A model generated the notes under the pieces. That model was not told the DNA's origin and did not search any database. It saw only the letters and a program-made list of their open reading frames with translations. From assembly GCA_963693365.1 (NCBI GenBank), contig CAVNZM010000011.1:4720639-4784638 (forward strand): a DNA stretch of 64,000 nucleotides, in the 5' to 3' direction. Of the stretch, positions 1-12,785 are shown piece by piece. The translations under genes were made by a program, and so were the position numbers. Numbering within the stretch: the first letter of the stretch is position 1; every line of letters starts with the position of its first letter. Source of the stretch: Amoebidium appalachense. Taxonomy: Eukaryota > Protista > Ichthyosporea.

Positions 1-186
1 AGAATGGAGAGGAGGAATGACGGACGAAGGGGGGCGGTGGGGAGGGGGGTCGGTTATCCATTGGCTTGAAATTTTTTTTTTAAAAGGTATATGAGCACCA
101 TGTGAGATGAAAGACATGTTTGTAGAAATTGTGTGTTTTGCTTAAAACCCGTGCACGCACGCACGCATGCACGCATGCACACACAT

Positions 187-271
<85 letters not shown>

Positions 272-412
272 ACACACGGAACCTCCCCAGCTCTCCCCCT
301 GCCTACCCTGGCACACACATGTTAGCTTGGACTCACCCACAAAAGCAATGCTTGGGTAGAGTGTGTGCGTGAATGACAGAGGAGAAGGTTAACAACAAAG
401 GGGATTCGGGGG

Positions 413-452
<40 letters not shown>

Positions 453-494
453 CTCTCAACAATGGAAAAAAATTACATTGAAGATTGAACCCAC

Positions 495-747
495 CTTGAG
501 CAACTCTGACATGGCGCTCACACGGCTATCGCTCTGCTCCATAAACTTAAACTGCAGTTTGCCAAACAGGATAGCAACAACCCCATTAATCGGTAGGGTT
601 AAAACCATCACAACAACACCGGCAAGAGCAGATACACCGATGATGTCGAAGAGAAGAAACATTGCCATTGTGATCATGAGAGGACACCACCATACATCGT
701 GGAGATCGAAGGCGAAATCTGTGAGGGGGAGATGGGGAGAGGGGGGG

Positions 748-778
<31 letters not shown>

Positions 779-829
779 ATAGCATAGTGTAAGTGTGAGC
801 GAGTGGGTGAGTGAGTGAGTGAGTCAGTG

Positions 830-922
<93 letters not shown>

Positions 923-1687
923 CGGTTTGATTATTAGGGGGCGCTACCATAGATCGAGGAGGTCGTAGGTGAAATCTGTGGGGGGGGGGGGGGGGGGGGG
1001 GAGGGTAAGGGGGAGGGGGGGCAAACTGGGAGGGGGGGAGGGGGAGGGAAAAAGGCGGTGGGCGGGGGGGGGGGGGGGGGGGGGGAAGGGAGGTAGGGAG
1101 CGGAAGGGAGGGAAAGGCATCTGACCGAATAGTGATAATTCAAAAAATTAGGAATTTTGAAGGGAGGGAATCGCGAGCCAGGTCAAATGGCTCAAAATCT
1201 TTGAGAGGGGATTTCGGGCCCAAGCAGCTGATATGACTCTAGATAATCCGATTCACGCCGGCGTCCAATTAATTGATCAATTTCTCTGAGCCGGCTCCAT
1301 CAATTCCGTTTGAGCCAGGGTGTGGCAATTACTTATACCATGAAGGTGGGCTGCCATCGCATTCAGAGAAAGACCGAAAAACATTCAAAAACCGAATTTT
1401 CATCACGTTTACAAACACAGAACACTATCTATATGATATTTTGTTTATATTTGGCTATTTTGTGTGCAATAACTACATGTTATACAGCATACACAGATGC
1501 TAATTGTGCACGCCATAACTTTGCGCTCAAACCGAATTTTGTTGCCCTCCTCTTTTATATAGGCTTGAGCAGATTGACCAAAATGGGAGGAATGCAGGGT
1601 AATAAGGTCCAAGCGTTATCGCCATTTGGCCCTATGGGGTGGGTCAGAGAAAGAGAAGGTTGAGTATTTATTTGTGTATGTACACAT

Positions 1688-1780
<93 letters not shown>

Positions 1781-1832
1781 CGCACGCGGCGCGGCCTCGT
1801 GCATGTGTGTGCATGTTCATGTGCGTATGTTC

Positions 1833-1863
<31 letters not shown>

Positions 1864-2062
1864 CAGTTACACACATATACACATGTGTGTGCTTGAGTTT
1901 GCGAAGGAGGGTGTCCCTCCGGGACCCGAAGATAGAAGGATCGAAAGGAAGAGCAAAGTGGCGGATGTGTTAAGGGCGGGGGAGAAGGGGGGGGGGGGGG
2001 GGGGGGGGGGGGAGGGGGGGGTGAGTGGAGGTGTGCGAGTGCCGTGGGTGTTTGAGGGCCAA

Positions 2063-2098
<36 letters not shown>

Positions 2099-3316
2099 AA
2101 GAACGAGCTCCAAACCCCCCACCTCACCGCATCCTCCTACCGAAACGAAAGAACCAACCATTCTCCCTGCCCCACATTCCCCCATCTCCTCCTGGCCCTT
2201 TCTGCACACACGGTAAACACCTTTCTTTTTCATGATTTTGTTCACAATAGACTCGACTTTAACTGCCTAACACGGGCAGGATGGATAATACTCTACTCTA
2301 TCTCTCTCCCTATACCTGTCTGACACACACACTCTTACTTTCTCTATCGCACCTTTTCCCTATCCCTCCCAGGGCCTCTCTCTTCCCTTCCCTCCCTTCC
2401 TTCCTCCCCTCCGTCTCTCTCCCCGCCCGCCCCTCCCCTCCCTCCTTCCTCACCCCCTCACTCCCCTCCCTCTCTTCCCCTCCCCCCTCCTCTCTTCTCC
2501 ACCCACGCCCCCTCCACCCATTTTCCCAACCCACCTCTAACCCTCTCAGCATCAGTCGACATCAGGTTTGTAATCTGCCCAACTGTGCTCTGCTGCTTGG
2601 CTGTACTGCTCAATCGCATGGCCTTTTTGTAGATTACGGCAACCATTGCAGATCGCCAGTGTGTGCCCATGCGGTTCATGATGTAGAACGAGTACTGTGT
2701 GCATGCATGCGGTTAGTACAAACAAAAAACTGTGTGCGGTATGTGGGTACTGTGTGCATGCATGCGGTTAGTACAAACCAAAAACTGTGTGCAATAAATA
2801 TGTGGGTACTATGTGCATGCATGCGGTTAGTACAAACAAAAAACTGTGTGCAATATGTGGGTACTGTGTGCATGCATGCGGTTAGTACAAACAAAAAACT
2901 GTGTGTGGATACTGTCTGCATGCATGCGGTTAGTAGAAACAAATAAATTTGTGCAATATGTGGGTACTGTGTGCATGCATTTAGTATAGACAAGTAAATA
3001 TGCGCAATATGTAGGTACTGTGTGCATGCATGCGGTTAGTACAGACAAATAAATGTGTGCAATGTGTTGGTACTGTGTGCGTATGGTGAGTAAACAAACA
3101 AAAAACTGTGTGCGATATGTGGGTACTGTGTGCAAATGGTGAGTAAATAAACAAGCATATGTATGGACATCAAGGGCACTGTGTGCACATCGTGAATCAA
3201 CAAACACACAAATGTGTGCACAATGTGAGTTATTGAGCAACCGTGTGAGCATAAAGAGCAAACAGGCAGCTGCTTACCAATAGTGTGTTAGAAGTTCAAC
3301 TGTGCATGTGATGAGT

Positions 3317-3400
<84 letters not shown>

Positions 3401-3663
3401 AATACATAGCACCTTGGCAAACATTTTCGCGTACGGGACACGCAACCAAATATTCTCGTGCAGTTGAGGTGAAACAGTTACATGTGCATGCTTGTGTGAG
3501 CCAACAGATAGAATTGTGGGTGGGGCATCTGCGAAGACATAAATATGTGCCTAGAACAGGAAAATAACACCTACTGTGTCCATGAGATCATGGGAGATAA
3601 TCATCGCCGTGTCTGCACGTGTTTGTGTGTGTGTGCTTGTGTGTGCCCCGTGCATGTGAGTGT

Positions 3664-3730
<67 letters not shown>

Positions 3731-3759
3731 TGTGTGTGTGCTTGTGTGTGCCCCGTGCA

Positions 3760-3849
<90 letters not shown>

Positions 3850-3870
3850 TGTGTGTGCCCCGTGCATGTG

Positions 3871-3948
<78 letters not shown>

Positions 3949-4606
3949 GCGCGCGTGTCCGTACACATGTGTGTGTGTCTGTGCGCCCCCCATGCATGCG
4001 TGTGCTGGTGTGTGTGCACACGTGCCCACGCGTTTATGCATGTGTGTGCTTGCACAGGCATCCGCTGATGCATGTGCACTGCTCGGGAAAACTACTTGAA
4101 AAATTGTCGAAGAAGAGAAGGTTTTAGGGAGGACTGGGAGGTGTACCTGAAGGGAAAGAGTGGTAAGGAACGGGCCAATAAAAAGGCCGGACGCATAGAT
4201 TCCCACCATCGTAGTCGACAGCTGATTGGATCCCTCCATGTACCCCACCAGCTCTTTCAGAATGTACGGGCTGACCATGGAACATATGGAGTTTAGCGCG
4301 GTGGCAATTCCGGACACTATAAATGGCTGGGTTTCCATGGATAGCAGCCACCAAAAAAGTTGGGGGTTTTTGGTGGCCGCGTTGAAATCAGTGATGTAGG
4401 TGCTGAACAGGTGGTCGGAAATATGTTGGGTCCGGTCGTAAGATGCCAAAAGCCAGGCGTCCTTGAATTTGAGTGGTGTCTTGTAGCCCTGAAGAGGTGT
4501 GCGTAGAGCAAGGGGAAGGGACAGGGGAAGTGGGGGGGGGGGGGGGGGGGGGGGGGATGGGGGGCCGCGTGTGTGGTGGGGGGAGGGGGAGGGGAGCGGG
4601 GGGGGA

Positions 4607-4692
<86 letters not shown>

Positions 4693-5053
4693 CCGTGTGA
4701 CGAGGGGAGAAAGGTGAGCGGAAGGAGAAAAAAAGCAAAATAAGTAATCTTTGAAATGGGGTGTAGATATCAAACAATTGAGCATAGAATAGGTGTCACG
4801 AGAGATGTGATCGGGCATGATAAAATGGAACGTGATAATTGGCGAAAATGGTGTTGGAAGAGGTGTGGGTGAGGGGGTAGGGGAGAGGAGAGGGGGAGGG
4901 TGGAGGGGGGGAGGGGAGCACCAAGAGAGCAAAGAGAGCGAGTTGGTAAGAAAATGGGAGCGAAGCACTAGACATGCACAGTTGAGGAGGGAACAGGGTA
5001 AGCATTCAGCAAAGAGGAAAGAGACGGTGGGTGGGGGCGGCTTTTTTTTTTTT

Positions 5054-5108
<55 letters not shown>

Positions 5109-5837
5109 GGGGGGAGGGGAAGGGTTCCTGCAAAGATTGCATGAGGGACACTCAAAGAAGGCATAGCGAATCAACCGGGCTTCAAGATCATTAGTGGCTA
5201 TGTGTGTGTGGGTATAGAGGGGGAGCTGGGAGGGGGGGGGGGGGGGGGGGTATTTGGTGGCATTGTGGGGAGGGAGGTGACATCGGGGAGAGGTGGGGGG
5301 GGGGGGGGGGGGGGGGGGGGGGGAGGGGTAATGGTAAGGGGAGGGAACACCGTGTGTGCGGGGGAAGGGGGTACCTACCTTTCTAAGCAGAGGAATTACA
5401 TATTGGTATGTGAGATGGGAAAACGGACATACGCGGTATTCGGGGCAAAATTCCTCCCCCTCGGAGTTGTAGAGATGTGGTTGGTCCGGCCAAACCGCAC
5501 CCAAAACCATGGCCAGAGCGTAAACAAACAGCTGCACAAGAAGTACTTGCGTGTCGGCTGGGGTGTAATCGTGCGATTGAAATTCCGTCGCCGTTCGGAC
5601 TTTGGCCAAGATCGATAGGAGACTTATGAAGTAGAAGAGGGTGGATACCCATGATGGGGGTCTGTGTGTGTGTGTGTGGGTCGAAAATGTTTTTGGTTGG
5701 TACCGGGAGAAAAGGTGGAGGGAGGGAAGGGGGAGGGGGGTTGGGGGTTGGAAGGGGAAGGGGAGGGGGGGGAGGGGGGGGGGGGGGGAGGAAGGGGAGG
5801 AGGGGGAGGGGGAGGGGGAACGGTGTATGTGTGCTTG

Positions 5838-5898
<61 letters not shown>

Positions 5899-6578
5899 GC
5901 GTGTGTGTGTGTGCGCGCGCGCGTATGCGCGTGCATGTACGGCCTGAGGAAGACAGGGGAGTTGGCGTATGGCAAGTGTGAGCAGGGGGGTGGTGAGGGG
6001 GGGAGAGGGGGGCGGAAGAGGGGAGAGAGAAGTGAAAGTTTAGTGAGCGAAGGGGTTGAGGGAAGGGGGGTCTAGAATGTGTTGCAGAATATGGATGGCG
6101 GGAGTGGGGATGGGGGGGGGGGGGGGGGGGGTGATGTATGCGTTAAGAGGGTTAGAAATGTGGAGGAGACAACAGCGAGCAATAACAAAACGTCACAAAA
6201 GTGGGAAATCCAAAATCAAACAATTTAAGCGTGCAGGCAGAAGGAACAGAGCCCATCATCAGGGGGGTTCCTATGCCTCCACGAAAGCATGGGTTTCGAA
6301 GGGAGAGGCCGAGGGGAGGGGTGGGGTGGGGGGGCGAAGGGATGATGAGTGTGGGGAGGAGAGGATGATGCCAGGGAAGACGGGATGGTTCCCCCCAGGG
6401 AGGGGGGGGGGGGGGGGGGGTTGGTGAGTACACTGCGAGGCGAGCGAAAGGGAAAAGGGGACAAGGGAGGCTGGCATGCATGCATGTTCTTCTTTATTGA
6501 GAAGGGAGGGGGAGGGAGGGGGGGGGGGGGGGGGGGGGGAGAATCCAGTGTCGAGATGGGGAAAAGGCAGAGTGCAGG

Positions 6579-6637
<59 letters not shown>

Positions 6638-6819
6638 CAAGGGGGGGGGGGGGGGGGAGGGGGAGGGGCTGGGCCAAGGGGTCTTAAAAACCCGTAAGGG
6701 GGGTTTAGATGAAAGACCAGAAAGGAAAAGAAATACTCCGTGGGGGGGGGAGGGGGGGGGGGGGGGGGAGCGAGAGAGAAAGTACGGAGCCTCAAAGGAC
6801 ACATGCAAGAGAGAGAGAA

Positions 6820-6895
<76 letters not shown>

Positions 6896-7376
6896 AGAAT
6901 GGAGTGCACGAAGAGGGGTGAGGTTGGATGACTGTGTGTGGGGGGGTTTGGGTGGAGGGAGGGTAGGTCGGGGGGACAGGGGAGATAAGGGACGAGATGC
7001 GGGTGTGGGACGGGAGAGGGAGGGAGGGAGGGAGAGGGAGAAGGGGAGGGGAGGGAAGGGAGAGGAGGGTATGGGGTGAGAAGGTGGAATGGGGAGGGAG
7101 AGGGAGGGGGGGGGGGGGGGGGAAGGAGATAGGGAGAGAAGGGGAGATGGGCAGGGGGGGGGGGGGAGGGGGGGGGGGGAACAGACAGGAGTGCACGTAC
7201 CTCCACAAAAGGGCGTCGGAGGCGCTCACAACCAACATCAGAAACCAAGCGGCAATGGTGGATGAAGCAGCAAAAAGTGTGACGTAGTGGGTGGCATGTT
7301 GCACAGCATGCACTGTTTGAAGGATACCAAGAGAGAAGGCACACAAACACGTGGTAACTAGAAGGTATGCGTGCAG

Positions 7377-7450
<74 letters not shown>

Positions 7451-8926
7451 TTGGAGAGGGGGGCAGGTGGGTGGGTGGAGGGGGTGGGGTGGGGGGAGGG
7501 GAGGGGGGAAGGGGGAGGGGAAGGGGATTGGGGGAGGGAAGGGGGGGAGGGGGGAGGGGGGGGGGAGAAGGGAGGGTGGGGGTGGGTGGGGGTGGGGGGG
7601 GGGGGAGGGGGGGGGGGGGGGGGGGGGAGGGGGGGGGGAAGAGGGTGGGGAGGGGGAGGGGGGAGGGCGGGAGGGAGAGGGGGGGGGGGGGAAAGAAAAA
7701 AGTGATGGTGTAGGCGGGTAAGGCAAATTTTGAATAATGATAGAAAGTGAAATAAATTCAGAATAGATGCAGGGTGAAAGGGTGCTGATGTAAAGAGGTA
7801 TATGTTTTATACGGACATTAATTCGAAGAGTGTGTGTGCTGTTGCATATTGGTTGTGGGGGTGTTAGGTAGCAGATGGTGGTGTGTGCAAGGTGTTGGAC
7901 ACGGCCACTCCATTGCTGGTTTTCGGAGACAGGCACCGGGACAGCAAGGGGGGGGGAGGGGGGAGGGGGGGGGGGGGAAGGAGGGGGGGGCGGGGGAGGA
8001 GAAGGGGGGGGGGGGGAAGGAGGGGGGGGGGGGAGGAGAAGGGGGGGGGGGGGGGAAGAGGGGGAGGGAGGGGGGGGGGGGGGGGGGGGCAGGTGGGGAC
8101 GAGAGGGGGTGAAGCGAGAGGGGGGCCGTGCGCCGGGGGGGGAGAGGGGGGGGAGGGGGGGATAATAAAAACAGAAGAGTGGAAATGTGCTAACAACACG
8201 TGTTGGACTTCCGAGTGTTTCTCGAATTATCCCTCGTATATTGATGGCTGCTGCAAACAGTCCGGGTGGAAAAAAAAAAAAAGTAGGGAATACAGCTGGA
8301 ATAATTTTAAAGACCGTTATATGCCCTGTTTTCTTCGCCCGCACTGAAATTTCCGGAATAATAAAAGGGCACAACACAACCACGTGCTCTACAGACAGAC
8401 CGCAATTCGCTTGTCCAAATCCGCCGCGCACACACACACTGCTGTTTCTTAGCACAAATACAAAACAAAACGTCACTTGCTTAAACATTAGCCTATTGCT
8501 GAAACTCCAAAACACCCACAAATCTTAGGGGGGGGAAAAAGGAGCGATATATGGGTGTTAAACCCCCGAATTCATTCTAAAGGAGAAAAAAGAAGGGGAA
8601 AATGTTGTTATTTTTCTCACCTTCGACAGGAGTCTGCGTCCCGCCTGCCGCTGCCGTCCATACATATCCTCATCCTCCTTATTCAAACCACCCTCCCCAA
8701 GAAGGGGTGTTCTTTCATCCGTTTCAGACAAATACCTTCCGGCCCCCTTCGCGTTTTTTTCCTGCGTGCGGTTCATGAACAAGCAGTGAACGGCAGCGAA
8801 AATCGCGCACAAAACTGGCACCAACCCGACAACGAAGAAGTCTTCGAAGCAGGGACCGAGGTCCGTCTCGCCTTTTGCATTTTTTAGGGTTATTGCCCAG
8901 CCCTGTGGGCCGCAAAACCCTTCCAT
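495..8926 (-). CDS. ABCC/MRP-family ABC transporter, 5' part (TMD0, L0 linker, first half of TMD1); continues off the left edge
   Basis: Phase-consistent GT-AG exons 8926-8621, 7376-7201, 5661-5379, 4488-4147, 2694-2535, 718-495. The translation has MRP hallmarks: MEGFCG...[83 protein letters not shown], and [14 protein letters not shown]. Confidence 0.93.
2691..3240. repeat. ~55-bp minisatellite (about 9-10 decaying units) in an ABCC intron, abutting a 3' splice site
   Basis: Unit GTACTGTGTGCATGCATGCGGTTAGTACAAACAAAAAACTGTGTGCAATATGTGG recurs from 2692 and degenerates towards 3240. Confidence 0.9.
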
Positions 8927-9454
8927 TTTTCCTGGATTTAGCTGTTTAACGCAGAAACCCCGGAAGTTGTGGTTCGAACGAGCACAAGCCTGTTGTGTTG
9001 GGTTCACAACACAGGTGTTCTCATCTGGGCTGCGTCGGTTTGGGCCGTGACGTAGACCAATAGACTTACCGTTACATAAATAAATGATCTGGAGCCAATT
9101 ACTAGGCAGATACGTTACACATGGTCATGATGATGTCGTCAACTCAATTAACAGCTCAGTATCACAGTGATGCGCAGGCTATATCCTGTCGCAATCACCT
9201 CCACTGTAATTGACTTTTATTGCAGTATAAGATACCGCTTTACAACTGTGCTTCAATTGTGCAGCACTTTTTGGCGTTGATTGTCGTGAGCTGAGCTCCC
9301 GGAACTTCTTTCAACGGTATAGCCAATAACAGAGCACCTTTATAAACACATATTGCCGGATAAAAATGCAGATTTGCCGCATGCGGTATCACGTTTTGAT
9401 TGGTGGTGGTTGGATTATGTAACTTGTCGCGATAGATCCCGCAGATCCGTCAGG

Positions 9455-9777
9455 CAGGGGTGTGGCGACTTGACTTCAAGTTGCGACTTGAAGTCACCAA
9501 GCACCCTGACTTCAACAAAGTCAAGTCAGGCCCTGAGGCCGGACATAGGAGTGACTTGATAAGGGGAGGGGGGCTTGAGGCAGTGAAGCATAGGAGGGTA
9601 GGTGGGAAAGGGGGGCGCAATGCCCAAGTACCCGTGGCCCAGCCGGCCGGAGGAGTTACTAAAAATAGTACTCCTCCAAGTCGCGACTTAAAGTCAAGTC
9701 AAGTCATCAAACCCAGCGGCCAGCAACAATTATAAATATAAGTCAAGTCAAGTCGTTGAGGCTCTGCCACACCCCTG
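9455..9777. mobile_element. Non-autonomous hAT-type MITE (323 bp)
   Basis: Perfect 12-bp TIR CAGGGGTGTGGC (9455-9466) / GCCACACCCCTG (9766-9777); perfect 8-bp TSD CCGTCAGG (9447-9454, 9778-9785); many subterminal GACTT/AAGTC pentamers. Confidence 0.9.
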
Positions 9778-10028
9778 CCGTCAGGTCAGATCAAGGTGAA
9801 CATGCCGCGTTCATTGTTTCCGATGAAAGAAAAAGGCAGAGAGGGTGGGGAAAGCCGGGGAAGAAGAGGGAGGGAGGGAGGGAGGGAGGGAGGGAGGGAG
9901 AGAGGGAGGGAGGGAGGGAGGGAGGGAGGGCCCCCGGGAGGGAGGGAGGGAGGGGAGGGAGGGAGGGAGGGAGGGAGGGGAGGGAGAGAGGGAGGCAGGG
10001 AGGGAGCGAGGGAAGGAGGAAGGGAGGA

Positions 10029-10065
<37 letters not shown>

Positions 10066-10506
10066 GGGAGAAGGGAGGGAGCCTCAGGGAGGCTCGAGGA
10101 AGGGAGGGGAGGGAGGGAGGGAGGGAGGGAGGGAGGGAGGGAGGGCGGGAAGGAGGGAGGGAGGCCTCGAGGGAGGGAGGGAGGGAGGAAGGAGAGTGGG
10201 AGGCCTAGGGAGGCCTAGCTAGTAGGGAGGGAGGAATGGAGAGAGAGAGAGAGCGAGGGAGGGAGGGAGGGAGGGAGGGAGGGAGGGAGGGAGGGAGGGA
10301 GGGGGAGGGAGGGAGGGAGGGAGGGAGGGCGGGTGGGTGAGAGTAAGGAAGGAGAGGGATGAGAAAGAGAGGGAGGGCGCGGGGATGTGGAGGTAAGAGG
10401 GGGGAATGGGGGGGGGGGGGGGGGGTCTGCAACGCAATGTATTGTTCATATTTAAATGCCGCTCATCGTAGTGCTCTTCTACCCCTTCCTCCCCCCCCGT
10501 CCCCTC

Positions 10507-10548
<42 letters not shown>

Positions 10549-10588
10549 AAAAAAAAAACAAACAAACAAACAAACAAACAAACAAACC

Positions 10589-10621
<33 letters not shown>

Positions 10622-10681
10622 AACCAACCAACCAACCAACCAACCAAAAAAACAAAATGAGAGGGAGGGGTCTTTGTTTTG

Positions 10682-10733
<52 letters not shown>

Positions 10734-12368
10734 TAGGTATTCGTATTAGCAGTGGTGACAAATTCCCAAGACAAAGACAACCCTGCCTCAAACCCTTAGT
10801 AATATCATCTCCTTCCCCCCTTACTTACAGTTCAACACTTAGCCTATAAGTGCGCGAGCATTCGTGATCAATCTGAACTTATTTATGGTTTCGACACAGT
10901 TCAAACACGATCACCAGTCCCTCTATGGAATTCAGAACGGTTGCTGTACTCACAGAGTTATATGATGCCAGAGCATGCATGACTGTGTTGTATAAAGCAA
11001 AAAATACAGCCATGTATACGGCTAGATATATGATCGGTGTCGATTGATATTGTGAGAGCGACTCGATCCTCAGTCATCACTCTTCAACATACAAACTGAA
11101 TGTGGACTACTCCCCTCCCCCCCCCCTCCCCCCCTCCCCCCCCCCCCCCCCCCAAAAAAAAAAAAAAAGAAAAGAAAAGAAAAAAGAAAAGAAAAAAAAA
11201 CAAAGAAAGAAAAAATAAAAGGAAAAGAAACAAAATATGTATCATAACAAAAAAAGAGACCCACCCACCCACGTGTGAATGAACATACCCTATAATCCTA
11301 CCTTACGTATGGTGTGTGGAGGGGGAATAGGGAGGGCTGGATGTGGGGGGGAAGGGTGGGGGGGGGGGGGGGGGGGGGGGGGTATTTGAAGCTGTGGCAG
11401 GAAGCTTCGAAGGCCCTACAAAATAATGACAGTTTGGAGGATAGAAGAAAGTCCTAAGGTGCAGAAAATCTAAAATATCCTTTCTCATTCACACAGACAC
11501 CCACCCACACTCTCTCTCAGGCTCTCTCTCGTTTCCTGGAATCCCAAAACACACACTCTCTGGCGATTTCTTTCTCTCTTCCTCTTTTTCTTGATATTCC
11601 TTTTGTCTTTTTCTTTCAATTTGCATACACGCATCTTCGCGCGCGCTTCCTCTTTTTCTCTCACTCTCCTCTGCCCCTCTTCCCCAGGCTCTCTTCTCCA
11701 CCCCCCCTCACCCCTTCTCCCCCCACACACTCAAAAACGGCTGCAGTGAACCTTTTATATTTGTGCGTGCGTGTGTTTTGGGTGTTGGATGGGGGAAGGG
11801 GGGGGGGGGGGGGGATTGTGTGTGAAGGGGGAAGGTAGGGTAATTTGCGTTAAGGGGGAGACCCACAGGGGGAAGTTTAAGTCTCCCCCCCCGGGGGAGG
11901 GGAGGGGGGGGGGGGGGAGGGGGGGGGGGGGGAGGGGACGGAGGGGAAGCATTTGTTGAACCAGGTGCAATCACAGAACGAGTCATTGACAGGTCAATGT
12001 GTATGTTATCACTAATTTAATTAGACGAAGGTGATTCGCAATTGGTTATCACCAGGAGCTACACGAGCCCGCTGGCTGATACCAGAAAAAAGCATCAGCA
12101 TTGTTCGTCTTCATTCCTAGTCTAAGCATTGATGAAGGTTTATATTCTGTGCAGTTCTCATAATAAAGAATTGTGCAGAAATTATACTCGGATACATAGT
12201 ATCTACTTCTAGTACACACTAGCCCCCCTCCCCTTCCCCCCTTCCCTCCCTCCCCTCCCCTCCCCCCCCCCCCCCCCCCCCCCCTTTTTTTTTTTTTTGT
12301 GATTGTGTTTTGCTGCTTCTTTTCGATACGAATAGAAATTATCTGAATTATATCAAAACGTTCAGAGA

Positions 12369-12785
12369 TCAGCCAACATATGCAACTTCTATGCAGAAAT
12401 ACCTCATATCTTCTTCATAATCATCCGAGTCGACCGGCTCTTCACTCCAATCCAGCCCACCCCTTTTCCCAATTAAGTCCAGAAACTCCTCGTATGCCGA
12501 CGCCCACTCCTCCTCGCAGTCTGTGTTTTGCACGAGTTCAAAAGCAGCTTGGGCCGCCTGTCTCAGCGTCACAAACGGGCCCCTTACCACCCTTTCCACC
12601 ACTTCCCCGCGTGCATTTGTCGTTTCCAAATTTGTGTAAAAGCCTGCCCCTACCAAACGGTGTATAATTTCTTGGTTTGTTCCCTCCATAGGCAGACCCT
12701 TTGCTTTGGCAATGGCTTGTAGAGCGTCGGTGCTGAGCTTTGCAAGAGTTTGCTTGGAGAGCACGCAGGTTGGTTCGTTGGCCAT
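12369..12785 (-). CDS. Intronless 138-aa protein with N-terminal SAP/HeH-like DNA-binding motif and acidic C-terminal domain
   Basis: Non-repetitive ORF with AAAATGGCC start context. LAKLSTDALQAIAKAKGLPMEGTNQEIIHRL fits the SAP pattern (L..L....L...L...GL...G.K..LI.RL). Confidence 0.7.
   Translation of the reverse strand: MANEPTCVLSKQTLAKLSTDALQAIAKAKGLPMEGTNQEIIHRLVGAGFYTNLETTNARGEVVERVVRGPFVTLRQAAQAAFELVQNTDCEEEWASAYEEFLDLIGKRGGLDWSEEPVDSDDYEEDMRYFCIEVAYVG

Noticed and set aside
935-1640. AT-richer unique island in an ABCC intron (and similar at 20120-20500) as transposon relics
   Set aside because: Plausible, but no paired TIRs, TSD or second copy could be shown.
2691-3240. CRISPR-like array
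   Set aside because: The units are tandem without unique spacers, in a eukaryotic intron, with no cas genes.
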